This document shows, piece by piece, positions 1 through 11,155 of a stretch of 64,000 bases of DNA. The notes beneath the pieces were generated by a model. That model saw only the letters and a program-made list of their open reading frames with translations. It was not told where the DNA came from and did not search any database. The stretch's first letter is position 1; each line of letters opens with the position of its first letter. The translations under genes were made by a program, and so were the position numbers. The stretch lies in assembly GCA_038087875.1 (NCBI GenBank), contig CM075988.1, positions 14,634,001 to 14,698,000 on the forward strand, read 5' to 3'. The DNA comes from Malacoraja senta. Taxonomy: Eukaryota.

Positions 1-245
1 TGCAGTTCGTTCCATACACCCACTACCCTCTGTGGGAAAAGGTTACCCCTCAGGTGCCTATTAAATCTTTCCCCTCTCACCTTAAACCTATGTCTCCTGC
101 TTTTTGATTCCCCTGCGCTGGGTAAAAGACTATATGCGTTTATCCTATTTACACTCTAGGTATAAAGTCCTAGCCTGTCCAACCTCTTCCTATTCCTCAG
201 TCCCTCAAGTCCTGGCAATATCCTCTCTGCTCTCTTTCCAGCTTA
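1..245 (-). mobile_element. CR1/HER1-like LINE 3' fragment (runs off the window start)
   Basis: Matches the minus-strand CR1 copy at 31040-31340 (ttccatacacccactaccctctgtg, ctcaccttaaacctatg, tccctcaagtcctggcaa). Confidence 0.75.
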
Positions 246-319
246 ACAACTGCCTGTTGCATCCAGGAACCTGTTGCTGTGCTTTGTTTGTGAACTCGGA
301 TTTCAAGTGATGAAAAAAC

Positions 320-518
320 CCCACACAAAGTGCTGGAGGAACTCTGCGGGTCAGGAAGCATTTGTGGAGGGAACGTTTCAGGTCGGGACCCTTCTCTCTG
401 AGGAAGAGTCGCAACCTGAGTCGGTCCATTCTCTCCGTAGATTCTGCCTGACCTGCTAAGTTCTTCCCGCACTTTGTGTTTTGTTCAAGATTCCAACATC
501 TGCAGTTCTTTGTGTTTC
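320..518. repeat. Penelope-derived short repeat, two copies head-to-head (palindromic)
   Basis: cacaaagtgctggaggaactctgcgggtcagg (324-) is mirrored by cctgacctgctaagttcttcccgcactttgtg (447-478); same family as 59305-59460. Confidence 0.65.
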
Positions 519-1276
519 CAGGAAGTGATGACAACCTGTTTGACTGTGAAAGGCTTCATAGCAGATTTTAACTTGAGATGCAGTTCCTTGCATTTTCTAA
601 GAAAGAGGTTAATGGATAGCGACTAGTACTTAATCCATTGGGCACTGAATTTATTAGTACACCTCAGCTATCATTCTTCATGGGCTAACTAGGTGAATGT
701 TATGGAATATATCTTCCATTGAACAAATCACTGGAACTCATTGCATGAGTTTTACCCATGGAGATAGAATAGGAGACAATGATTAGATGTAACAGAACCA
801 ACGAATGTGTACCAGACAGCAATTAAATCAGTGAATAAATTCAAAACAATCATATATTTTGACATCTCTTCAGCTCTTCAAAATATAGTCTATTTCCATT
901 CTGAAAATTATGAGGGATGATTTTCAACTACAATCATGTTTCATTAAAAAAAATTCAAAAAATGCTAGACCTGGAAATATCAGTAATCAAATAGGATCAA
1001 ATAAATGTCCAGAAAGTGCTCAAGTCAGCTACTTGTTTCTTTGCTACAGTTCAGATTAAACATATTCGAGCTGAAAAGGACATTGAGTATTCATTAAATA
1101 GCAAAATATGTCTGGTTAAAGATCACATCTTCATTATATGACTAGTGTCTGAGAAGATAGTTTCAGTTTGTTGATGTGGCCGTGGAGCCAACTGTAGGCC
1201 TACTCCTGCACCTATTGTCTATTGTTAGAATGGGTAATGCAGGCAGGAACCCATTTCCAGGTTACAAGTGTTTAAG

Positions 1277-1968
1277 AGGGAACTGCACATGCTGGAAAAT
1301 CGAAGGTAGACAAAAGTGTTGGAGAAACTCAGCGGGTGCAGCAGCTTCTTCAGAAGTACCTGGAGCAAAACCTGGAGCAAAACACAATGTGCTGGAGGAA
1401 CCTAACAGGTCAGGCAGCATCTTCGAAGGGAATGACAGAAGAGATTTTGAGTTGGGGCCCTTCTTCAGACTGACTGCAATCGGGAGGAAGAAGCTGGAAG
1501 AGAGAGGTGGGGGTGAAACAAAGCCAGGTAAGTGATAGGGGAAGGTACACAAAAATGCTGGAGAAACTCAGCGGGTGCAGCAGCATCTACTGAGCGAAGG
1601 AAATAGGCAACGTTTCGGGCCGAAACCCTTCTTCAGACTCCATAAGTGATAGGGGAACACTGGTGAGGGTGATTTGATAGCAGACTGGTGAATTAAGTGA
1701 TACAGGCTAGAGTAAAATGGAAACCAAAGGGTGTCGGATAAGGAGAGGTGAAATGTAAAGCAGCAGGAGGGACGTGGACGGGTAGACAAGGGGAAAGGAA
1801 TGCGGGGATGAGAGGGAAATCTGCCCCAAATGAATCCTTTTTTTTTTTTTTTTTTTCCTTCTCCCCCCTTTCCTCCCCCAAATGAATCCTGACCCGATAT
1901 TGCCTAATCCACTGAGTTCCTCCAGCACTTTGTGTTTTGCTCGAGATTCCAGCATCTGCAGTTTCTCA
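1277..1968. repeat. Cluster of nested Penelope-derived short repeats
   Basis: Several copies of gctggagaaactcagcgggtgcagcagcatct...cgtttcgggccgaaacccttcttcagac, plus a reverse copy at about 1885-1968. Confidence 0.65.
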
Positions 1969-2204
1969 AACCTACAAATACCTGGATGCAAACTTGAAGC
2001 GTCATAACCTATAAAGCTACAGAGAGCGAGCTGGGTTTAGCTTCAATAGCTCTTTTTTCTGCACAATGTGCTGAATGGTCTCTATCTATGAAACACAGTT
2101 CTATGATACAGACACCGATTGACCAAAAGGACATTATTGTTACAAAGTCTATTGCAATCCAGCATCAGAACTGAACTTTTAAGGTTGTGCTTTTAAGTTT
2201 GATC

Positions 2205-2720
2205 ATAGAACATAGAACACAAAGCAACACAGCACAATAACAGGTCCTTCAGCCCACAATGTCTGTGCCAAACATAATATCAACTGGTACACAAAAATGC
2301 TGGAGAAACTCAGCGGGTGCAGCAGCATCTATGGAGCGAAGGAAATAGGTAACGTTTCGGGCCGAAACCCTTCTTCAGACTTTTTTGTGTACATTCGATT
2401 TTCCAGCATCTGCAGTTCCTTCTTTAACACATAATATCAACTGTTATCTGCCTGCACATAATCCATATCCCTCCGTTCCCTGCCTATCCATGCATCCATC
2501 CAAATGTCTCTCAAAAGCCACTGTCGTATCTGCATCCAGTAGCACTCTTGGCACCAGGTTCCAGGCCTCTGCGTAAATAAAACGTACCCTGAACATTTTC
2601 TTTAAACTTTACCCCTCTCACCTTAAAGCTGAGCCCAACTAGTATTTGATTTTTCCATCCTGGGAAAAGGGTTCTGAGTACCTACCCTGTCTATGCTTCT
2701 CATAATTTTATATACTAATA
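2205..2720 (-). mobile_element. CR1-like 3' tail interrupted by a Penelope-derived repeat (about 2287-2430)
   Basis: catagaacatagaac tail repeat and cttcagcccacaatg; acataatatcaactg occurs on both sides of the internal insert (about 2272 and 2429), like a TSD. Confidence 0.65.
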
Positions 2721-3419
2721 TTAGATATACTTGAATTTTCTCTGCTCAAGGCCTGAATTGTATTTTGAGGATGTATAATACAACAAATTGCCCCAGTGAT
2801 CAACCAACGCAGAAAGTTTCAAATCATTCTTATGAGAGACATCACTGTTCTGCTGGAGATGTCCTCTTCCAGACTCAGATAGCTGTTGTTCACAATTCAC
2901 TCCTTTGTCTAAATATAGAGCGACAATCAGCTCCTCAGCAACACTTGCTGGAGGTTGTTATTAAAATAGCCAACATAAAACCAGAAAGGAAATTAGCTCA
3001 CTGATGCAGCACATCAAAAATATGGGAGGAAAGGTGAATGAGATAGTAAGCCGACTCCTTTCGATGCAAATTGTACAATTCGTGTTGCCTTGAGTCTATC
3101 AAGATGAATGAATAGTTTCAGATAAATATTCCACGGTAACAAAACTAAAGCATCTGCATACTTGCTGAAGGCAATAATACCAATCACTAGTATCTTAATC
3201 TGTAATGCAAATTTGTGGTGTCTTAAACATTGCTTATAGTTTACTGGTAGCTTTACATATGAATGAACAACAAGGGTGGGGAATGTTCAGTCCAGCCAGT
3301 TGATGTGCTTTGCTTCTGGATGCTATAGAGATGGCTGCTTCCTTTCACCCTCTGTCCCTGCCCCGTCCTCTCCAGTACCAATATCATCAGAGCCACAATG
3401 CTCAGTTCAAAATTACATC

Positions 3420-3895
3420 TGCCACACAAGGCTGCGGAGACAAAGTCAGTGGATATATTTAAGGCAGAGATAGATAGATTCTTGATTAGACAACAGACAT
3501 TAGGTGCAGGAGCAGGCCATTCGGCCCTTTGAGCCAGCACCGCCATTCAATGTGATCATGGCTGATCATCCATGCCTTCTCCTCATATCCTGCCTTCCTG
3601 CCTTCTCCTCATATCGCCTGACTCCGCTATCTTTAAGAGCTCTATCTAACTCTCTCTTGAAAGCATCCAGAGAACCGGCCTCCACCACCATCTAAGGCAG
3701 AGAATTCCACAGACTCACAAATCTCTGTATGAAAAAGTTTTTCTCATCTCCATTAGTATGGTTGTCACAGGTTATGGGGAGAAGACAGGCGAATGGGGTT
3801 AGGAGGGAGAGATAGATCAGCCATGATTGAATGACAGAGTAGACTTGATAGGCCGAATGGCCTAATTCTACTCCCATCACTTATGATCTTATATC
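3420..3895 (+). mobile_element. CR1 3' tail with an antisense CR1 tail nested at 3490-3751
   Basis: The + copy (gatatatttaaggcagagatagatagattcttgattag ... tatggttgtcacaggttatgggg) is split by a reverse copy; attag flanks both sides (3485-3489, 3752-3756). Confidence 0.7.
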
Positions 3896-4812
3896 TTAAT
3901 ACTGGGGCTGGACATGGATGGATCATGTTTGACCTCTCCCCTAATATCCTTGCAGCCACATTAACCTTTTGAGGACAAATCAAGCTTCAAACCATGTATT
4001 TGTGTGCTACGAATCTCATCAAGGTCTCTCGTGGTAGTTCGTGCCTTCCTTCCAGACCATCTGGATGTCTTGTTTTAGTTTACCTCTGTCAAAGCTCTTA
4101 CCAATTCATTTTAAAATGCCTCTAGACCATAAATCATTTGTAAAAAGTTCTAAAGGGCTAAATTATCCAAGTATTAAATTAGATAATAAAGTTACCGGAA
4201 ACACATTTACATTGATTAAATACAAATTAATTGAGTGTAGTTAGTTACTGTAAGTTAATTAAAAGTGCAAAAAACAAAATTTAGACAGAATCCAAAACAC
4301 TTACCTATACGTAACTATTCAATTCAGGTCGGAGATTCTACTTAAATAAAAGGGGACGTCACTACATACACGTTAATCCCATTATCCTGTATCTGTACAC
4401 TGTGGACGGCTCAATTGTAATCATGTATAGTCTTTCCGTTGACTGGTTAGTACGCAACAAAAGTTTTTCACTGTACCTCGATACATGTGACAGTAAACTA
4501 AACTAAACTACACTACACCAGTTATCTTACAACAAGCCTCCAAATCCCATGAAATGTTGTCATCATATATCTATTAATATTCTCTTACTGTAACTTTTAC
4601 CAAATTTGACTCTTCCAGCATTTTACCATTTTCCTTTCTAACATCTGTGGTATTTTCTTGAGTGTTTCCTTTATTTCATTATACTGGATCTGGGCATCAC
4701 CAGCCTGTATTGTCCATCCCTAATTGCTCTGGAGAAGATGAGACATCTTTCTGAACCCTTGCAATCCATCTGGATGAAGGCATTTGGACACAGGAGAGAG
4801 TTAGATTTAGTA

Positions 4813-4872
4813 TTACTTCGGAGTCACGCGAGTGACTACGTGAAGAAGACCCGTCAGGGCGCCTGCGCGTCA
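4813..4872 (+). repeat. DIRS copy A left ITR
   Basis: cgtgaagaagacccgtcagggcgcctgcgcgtca is the reverse complement of 10196-10229 (one mismatch); the outer part is complementary to the ICR start. Confidence 0.92.
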
Positions 4873-5023
4873 TTACGTCAGACGCATTGGCACGAACGGA
4901 CGTGAGGAGCAGCGCGAATGGACGTGGTCTAGTGGAAATGTAGTTACAAGGTAAGTAAAAACGTTTTCAATAGTTTCCGGGTCCGTTTGCTGTGGGTCTG
5001 TGGGGATTTTTTCCACAGGCGCC

Positions 5024-6280
5024 ATGGAAAAAACGGACAAGTGGAAGAGGCGAGCGGCAAAGCCGGTGGAAAGTCGCGAGATTGCGGTCGGCGAACAGCT
5101 GCCTCAGACCCCTGTACAGTCGCCGGGTGGGAGCGTAGCGACTGTGGACTTGGGTCTTAAAAAAACACAGTCAGCGCCAGTGGGGCGCAAGGCTAAATTC
5201 AAGTCCGTCAAGCCCACGGAGGAGGAGTCCGATCAGGAGGATTCGACTCCAGGGCTGGATACTGCTTTTTGAGCGGATTTCTCAGATGGAAAGCCTGTTA
5301 CACAGATTACTGGAGAAAAGCACACTCAGGGAAGATTGTAGTCAAAGCCAGCCTCCAGAAGCCAGGTCAGCAGCACCTAGCAAAGGGCTGTTTGAGAGCA
5401 CCCTCATTGATGAGGCGCGTGCACAGGGTCAGCAGAGTTTTCCGATACAAGCGAAGATGGCAGCTGCCAGATGTTCTAGTTCTGGCAGTATGATTCGCTG
5501 CTCTGTGAGAGTTCTGACCCTGAGTCTGATGGTGAGGCCGATACAAGCGAAGACGGCAGCTGCCAGATGTTTTACTCCTGGCAGTACGATTCGCTGCCCC
5601 GTCAGAGTCAGGAGAGCCACTGGGAAAGGAAGTGGCCTCTACGATCAACTATTGTGTCTTCCATCAGCTCCAGTAGCTTACGATGGATGAAAATGCCAAA
5701 AAAGCACGAGACCCCAAGGAACTACGTATTGCTGAAAGTACTAGCAGTGAACCAAGATATAAGGGGTCAGATGGGCGAGGGCATGTGAGCCTAAGAAAAG
5801 TAAACTGCAGAGAATATTGAAGCTGCTGGGTTGAGGAACAACTGCAATTTTGCAAGAACAATGGATGGAGGCCAGGGATGGAGATGCATCGTGGCACTAG
5901 GGTTTCTATGTAGCGCCCACTTCGAGATGAATTGTTTCAGGAAGTATGCCATTCGGCCCACCATCAACCCCAAGTTGCAGCAACTCTGTAAAGCCCAGCA
6001 ATGTGCAGTCATTCAACTTACTCTTCAGAGAAAAAACCTCACGAAACATGGGAAAGAGTTGGATGATGAGAAAAAACAGCAAGGTTGATCAAAACATCAA
6101 TGGTCGGCAAGTCTGTGAAGAGGAGGTATCCTTTCAGACATCATACAAAATCCTGGGCCTACAACAGGAACAAGTCGACCATTGAAGCAGGGGCGCAGTT
6201 GGTGTCCTGCAGCGGGAACACGAAAAAGCGTGGGTTTTTCCTGCCAGGAGCCAGGGACCACAGGTCACTCAGGTGACAAA
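5024..6280 (+). pseudogene. DIRS copy A ORF1 (gag-like), broken
   Basis: Starts at GCCATGG (ATG 5024). ALGFLCSAHFEMNCFRKYAIRPTINPKLQQLCK aligns with copy B ALALMCSAHFEINCIHKNAIRPNIHPKYAGLCK; many frameshifts. Confidence 0.8.
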
Positions 6281-8150
6281 CGAGGTAGGTGGACCTGGTT
6301 CTCATGGGAACATATTAAGGCAAAAACAGCCAAATATTGGAAGCAAATTACTTCAGATTTATTATTCTGAGTATTATTCAAAGGTTTCGAATTGATTCGA
6401 TCCAAATAGTGATTTGCCATCCAGCATGTTCCTAGCAGAACACTCCAATTTCACAAAAATAAGTGATGGAGGTTCAAGCTGAATTTGAAAACTTGTCTAT
6501 AAACAAGTAATTGAAAGGTTGGTTTATCAAAACCACCAAATTGTGTTTAAATTTTCTCGACCTAAAAGGTGAGGAGTATTTTAGATCTGACAAGTCTTTA
6601 AAATTTTGTGAAGTATAGACACTTCAAAATGGAGACTTTGAGACTGCCAAACAACTTGTTGCAAAAGATGTTATATGGCACCTATAGATCTGAAAGATGT
6701 ATATTACTTATTGTCTGTTCATTTGTAAGATACAAATATTTGAAATTTATCTGAATGAACAATTATGGCAATTCAAAGTTCTGTCTAATGGGTTAACTTC
6801 AGTTCCTAGAATTTCACTAAATTGGTAAAACCAATTTTTGGGGCTAATTAGAGTCCAAGGACAGATCTTGATGGCGTAACTGGATGATGTCCGAATTAGG
6901 ACAAACAAGAGAATTAGTGAGTTATCTCTCTCAATTGTTCAATCCACTTTTGAAAGTTTTGGGTTTAATTCATCCAGAGAGAAATTAAGGTTAACGCCAC
7001 TTACAACAATTGATTATTTTAATTTCACAATTGATTCAATTAACAGGGTAGTAATTTTACCCAGTGTAAAGGGTGGAGCTGATTGATGGTTGCATTAAGC
7101 TGTTGAAAAAGCAACAATCTTCAATTAAGACAAGTGGCCAGCTTGCTAGGAAAATTAGTGTTATTTCCAGCAATACAATATGGGCCATTGCTACCAGCAG
7201 CTACAGACGGCAAAAAGAAAAGGCACTAAGATGCATGGTGGCCATTTTTGATAGGCCATGCAGTTAAACAACAAATGCTGCTTCTGATTTGCAGTGGTGG
7301 ATTTAACATGTCTCCAGTAGTTCAAGCAAGATACTGATTGAATAGCCTTCCATGGTCTTACAGACTGATGTCAGTGCACTAGGATTGGTGCCACTGAAAA
7401 GGTATCCATCTGTGGACAGATGGAATATGGAAGAGGCATTATGTTTGCAGACATGGAGAATCGACGTTTTACAGCTATTGGAAGGCTTATGAGCTCCAAG
7501 CTTGTTGTTAATACAACTAATCTGCATGTTCAGCTTCAAATTAACAATACTACAGCATTAATTATTAATACTACAGTATTAATTGTATGGGTGGAATTAA
7601 GTTGGTGTCATGTGACAAATTGGCTAATCAAATCTGGACTTGGTGTGTTGACAAATATTTGGTTTCAGCTATTTATCTACCAGGTAGATTCAATATAGTA
7701 GCAGACACCAGGTTATGGGAATTTCCATGATAACAAAAGAATGGATGTTGAACCTTAAGATTTTAATGATATAGTAGTCAGATTTGGGAAGCCAGATACG
7801 GCTTGTTTCCATCCAGACTCAATCACCAGTTACAGAGATATGTGTTATGGGAACTACATCGGGAGACAGTAGTGATTGATGTTTCTCGCTACATTAGGGT
7901 GGTATGTTTTTATATGCATTTTCCATCATTCTGTCTCATAAACCGGTGTCTGCTTAAAATGAAGCAGGATGCTGCCTCTGAGGTACTGGTGGTACCGGAC
8001 TGGTCTACGCAGCCATGGTTCCCTTTGATATTGGAATTAATGACACAGTTTCTGATAAAGGTTCCCAAAAGAAGGGATTTACTGGTGTATCCGATAATTG
8101 GAGAGTAATATCCGTTATATGCCTGTATGGATCTGTTAATTTGCAGGATT
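6281..8150 (+). pseudogene. DIRS copy A RT / RNase H / methyltransferase-like region, broken
   Basis: Fragments such as WKQITSD, HFKMET, QFKVLSNGLTSVPRIFTKL, *LDD and FCLINRCLLKMKQDAASEVLVVPDWSTQPWFP match copy B; numerous stops and indels. Confidence 0.85.
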
Positions 8151-8165
8151 TTAAAAGAGGATTGT

Positions 8166-8646
8166 AATCAATCTCCTGCCAACCATAGCCATATGTTTTG
8201 GTCTTGCCCTAAGCTAGCAGCCTTTTGGAGGAGTGCTTTCGAATTGATAAGCAGAGCTTACGACCAGACTATTCCTCCAAACCCAATGTCAACCATTTTC
8301 GGTACCCCTCCCAACACCAACCTCTCTGTTGCGGTGAAACGTGTCCTAGCTTTTACAACCTTGTTAGCCCGGAGACTGATCTTGCTTAACTGGAGGCTTA
8401 CCTGTCCCCTGACACACGCCCGTTGGATTAAGGAGGTGCTCTACAATTTGAAACTTGAAAAAATTAGGTTCTCTCTCAAAGGCTCTACCAAGACATTCCT
8501 AGATACATGGAACCCTTTCTTTGAACTGGTTAACTCTCTTAACTTGTCCCCGGACTCGGAAGAGGACTGAGTGTTCTCCACCATTGCTTTGTTCTACAGC
8601 AGCTGCTTTCCCCTTAATCCCCCCCTCCCCACAATTATTTATTTCA

Positions 8647-8678
<32 letters not shown>

Positions 8679-8937
8679 TATTTTTATTTATTTTTATTTT
8701 TTATATAGCACATTTTGTTTTGTTTATTTTACCATTTGTGTGTGGATGTGTACGTATGTGAGTGTTGTTTGTCCCCGTTTGGTTCCGAACTGACATGGGT
8801 GGGTTGAAGGTGGGTAAGGGTAAGGGTTTTGAGGATCGCTTACATACTGTTGTACAATTATGCCTTGACTGTCACTGTCTGTTATTATAGTATGTATGCA
8901 AATTGCTGTGAAATTCAAATAAAAAGATTTAAATTTA
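8166..8937 (+). mobile_element. 5'-truncated L1-clade LINE (ORF2 C-terminus plus 3' UTR) inserted in DIRS copy A
   Basis: Open frame to 8570 with HMFWSCPKL..FW, ARRLILLNW and LKLEKIRF...TWNPF. AATAAA at 8918-8923, A-rich tail, 13-bp TSD aaaagaggattgt (8153-8165, 8938-8950) at a TT/AAAA site. Confidence 0.88.
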
Positions 8938-8950
8938 AAAAGAGGATTGT

Positions 8951-9917
8951 CTGGGCATACTGTGGACATGCTTACAGCAGTCTGGCGGAAGAGCACTCAA
9001 AAGCAGTACATTTGCGAATCTGAGGTTGTGACTCTGTAAATGCTACTTTCCCATTATGTAAAGAATGGGGAAAATTTTCTGTGTACAAAAGAATATGGAA
9101 TGTTGTACGGCACATGTCTCAAATGTCTTAAGTTTTCTCAACACTCTATTTGAGGAGTTGAGTTATAGTGTGATTTATTCAGCCAGAAGTACATTGTCCT
9201 TGTTTTTTTATTTGGGGTCGGAAAGACATCCTGTTGAGTCTCGTTCTTTCATTTCCAGATTAATGAAAGGAATTTTAAGTCCAGATCTTCTAAACCTAGG
9301 TATGGCAATCTGTAATATAGAGTGGTTTTAAGCTACTTCATCAATGGACTCTTGGTACGATTCTGATTTGGCCAAAATCAGCAGGAAGGTAGTCATGCTT
9401 ATGGCACTTGTAACAAGCACAGAGAGTGCAGACATTACAAAAGTTACAGATACACAGGATGGAAGTACCTCAGGATTATGTTATGTTTTACATTTTATGA
9501 CCTACTCAAATGAAGTAGGGTCAGGTGTGACAGGATTCAAGAGTGTTTTATTAGCATATTCAATGGATCCATGTCTATGTGTTAAGACATATTTGTTGTA
9601 ATACATTGAGGCTACAAAGGTCTTATGAAATATGAAAACAAGATTGTTTATCATTCACGAAAAACCATACAAGATAGTGTCAGTTCAGACTATTTCAAGA
9701 TGGTTAAAACAAGTCTTGGTTGCTGCAGGTGTGAACAGTGATGTTTTTACATCCCATTCGATTTAGCAGCAACATTGGCAGCCAGGTCGAAGGACGTCCC
9801 GTCGACCATATTTTCGCAGCCGCCAGGTGATCTAATAAGTTGGTGTTTCAACACTTTTACCATCGGCCTATTGCCAATACGGAACTGTTTGCAGATACTA
9901 TATTAAGTTCTGCTTAA
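8951..9917 (+). pseudogene. DIRS copy A tyrosine recombinase, broken
   Basis: VLSFLNTLFEELSYSVIYSARSTLS, FISRLMKGI, KVVMLMALV, DPCLCVKTY and VQTISRWLKQVL are collinear with the copy B YR. Confidence 0.85.
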
Positions 9918-9971
9918 AATCCCCTGGGGCCGGGATTTGTATCTGCGGCATGAAATCACAAAGTTTTAAAA

Positions 9972-10073
9972 TCTTCACGTAGTCACTCACGTGACTCCGA
10001 AGTAAAATAGTAAGATTAAACGAGAACTTACCAGTTTGAAGTTTGATCTTTATTTTATGTTGGTGATTACGTG
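9972..10073. repeat. DIRS copy A internal complementary region (ICR)
   Basis: The first part is complementary to the element 5' end and the second part to the 3' end (54 nt identical), joined at gaagtaaaatagtaag. Confidence 0.92.
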
Positions 10074-10195
10074 CCCACCACGGCCCAACCCTCTTTCATA
10101 AAGGTCAGATGGAAGTTCTAAATTTACTCGTTTTACTATGTTACTATATTACTTCGTTCTTGTTGTTTGTGATTTCACACCGCTGCTTTGAAGAT

Positions 10196-10303
10196 TGACG
10201 CGCAGGCGCCCTGACGGGCCTTCTTCACGTAATCACCAACGTAACTCCTCATAAAATAAAGATCAAACTTCAAACTGGTAAGTTCTCGTTTAATCTTACT
10301 ATT
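10196..10303. repeat. DIRS copy A right ITR with extension
   Basis: tgacgcgcaggcgccctgacggg...cataaaataaagatcaaacttcaaactggtaagttctcgtttaatcttactatt. Confidence 0.92.
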
Positions 10304-10448
10304 CTTAGGGCTAAAGGAATCGAGGGATATGGGAAAAAAACAGGTACGGGGTACTAATTTTAGATGATCAGCCATGATCATATTGAATAATTCGAAGGGC
10401 TGAATGGCCTCCTCTGCACCTATTTATCTATGTTTCTATGTTCCTATG
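10304..10448 (+). mobile_element. CR1 3' tail, distal part (proximal part at about 4791-4812, split by DIRS copy A)
   Basis: gagagagttagatttag on the left flank joins cttagggctaaaggaatcgagggatatggg on the right flank, matching CR1 tails at 49441 and 60171; ends in ctatgtttctatg. Confidence 0.8.
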
Positions 10449-10818
10449 AAGGTCAGATTTGAAGTAAAATAATTGAACTGATCTATTTAACTTTGGAGGT
10501 ATAGTGATACAGCATGGCAACAGGCCCTTCGACCAAGACCATCAAGGCTGACTAAGATACCCATCTACACTGGTCCCATTTGCCAGCATTTGACCCCTAT
10601 CCTGCTAAACCTATTCCTCTTCATGTACCTGTCCAAATGTCTGTTAAACATTCTAATTGTACCTACCTCAACCACTTCATCTGCAGTCAACTTCTTTCAT
10701 TTTGATATGTAAACAATTTCCTGAAAATTAGATATATTCCCAGTTTGTTAATGTCATGAAAAATTATTAAAGCTCAGAACACCATAATGGGGAAATCTTT
10801 AGATAAACAATAAACATT

Positions 10819-10928
10819 AATAGTAAGAATAAACGAGTACTTACCAGTTTGAAGTTTGATCTTTATTTTATGAGGAGTTACGTTGAGGGATTACGTGAAG
10901 TAGACCCCGTCCAGCCGCACACGCGACA
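10819..10928. repeat. DIRS copy B right ITR with extension
   Basis: gaccccgtccagccgcacacgcg is the reverse complement of cgcgtgtgcggctggacggggtc at 15846-15868; the outer part is complementary to 11043-11121. Confidence 0.93.
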
Positions 10929-11042
10929 ATCTTCAAAGCAGCGGAGTGAAAATCACAAACGACAATTACTGAAGTATGATAGTAAGATGCATAAAGACTA
11001 GAACTACCAGCTCGATCCTTTTATGAGGGTGGGAGCGGAGGG

Positions 11043-11155
11043 CACGTAATCCCTCAACGTAACTCCTCATAAAATAAAGATCAAACTTCAAACTGGTAAG
11101 TTCTCATTTAATCTTACTATTTTACTTCGGAGTCACGTGAGTGACTACGTGAAGA
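11043..11155. repeat. DIRS copy B ICR
   Basis: Contains the end-to-end junction cttactattttacttcggagtcacgtgagtgactacgtgaag, complementary to both termini. Confidence 0.93.

Larger units (their letters stand above)
4813..10303 (+). mobile_element. DIRS-type tyrosine-recombinase retrotransposon, copy A (full length, coding region heavily decayed)
   Basis: Left ITR 4813-4872, ICR 9972-10073 and right ITR with extension 10196-10303. Remnants of gag, RT (FKMET; MA*LDD at 6871), RNase H (LQTDVSALG), MT-like (LFPSRLNHQL, LVVPDWSTQPWFP) and YR, collinear with copy B. Confidence 0.93.

Noticed and set aside
4305..4337. Minus-strand 33-nt exon-like unit with a perfect GTAAGT donor
   Set aside because: Stops in all three frames and no other support.
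8127..8570. 147-aa ORF as a host gene
   Set aside because: Chance fusion of the DIRS MT end with an inserted L1 ORF2 C-terminus.
9972..11155. Repeated cores resembling a CRISPR array or prophage att sites
   Set aside because: Alternating orientation and long length; fully explained as DIRS ICR and ITR sequences in a vertebrate genome.
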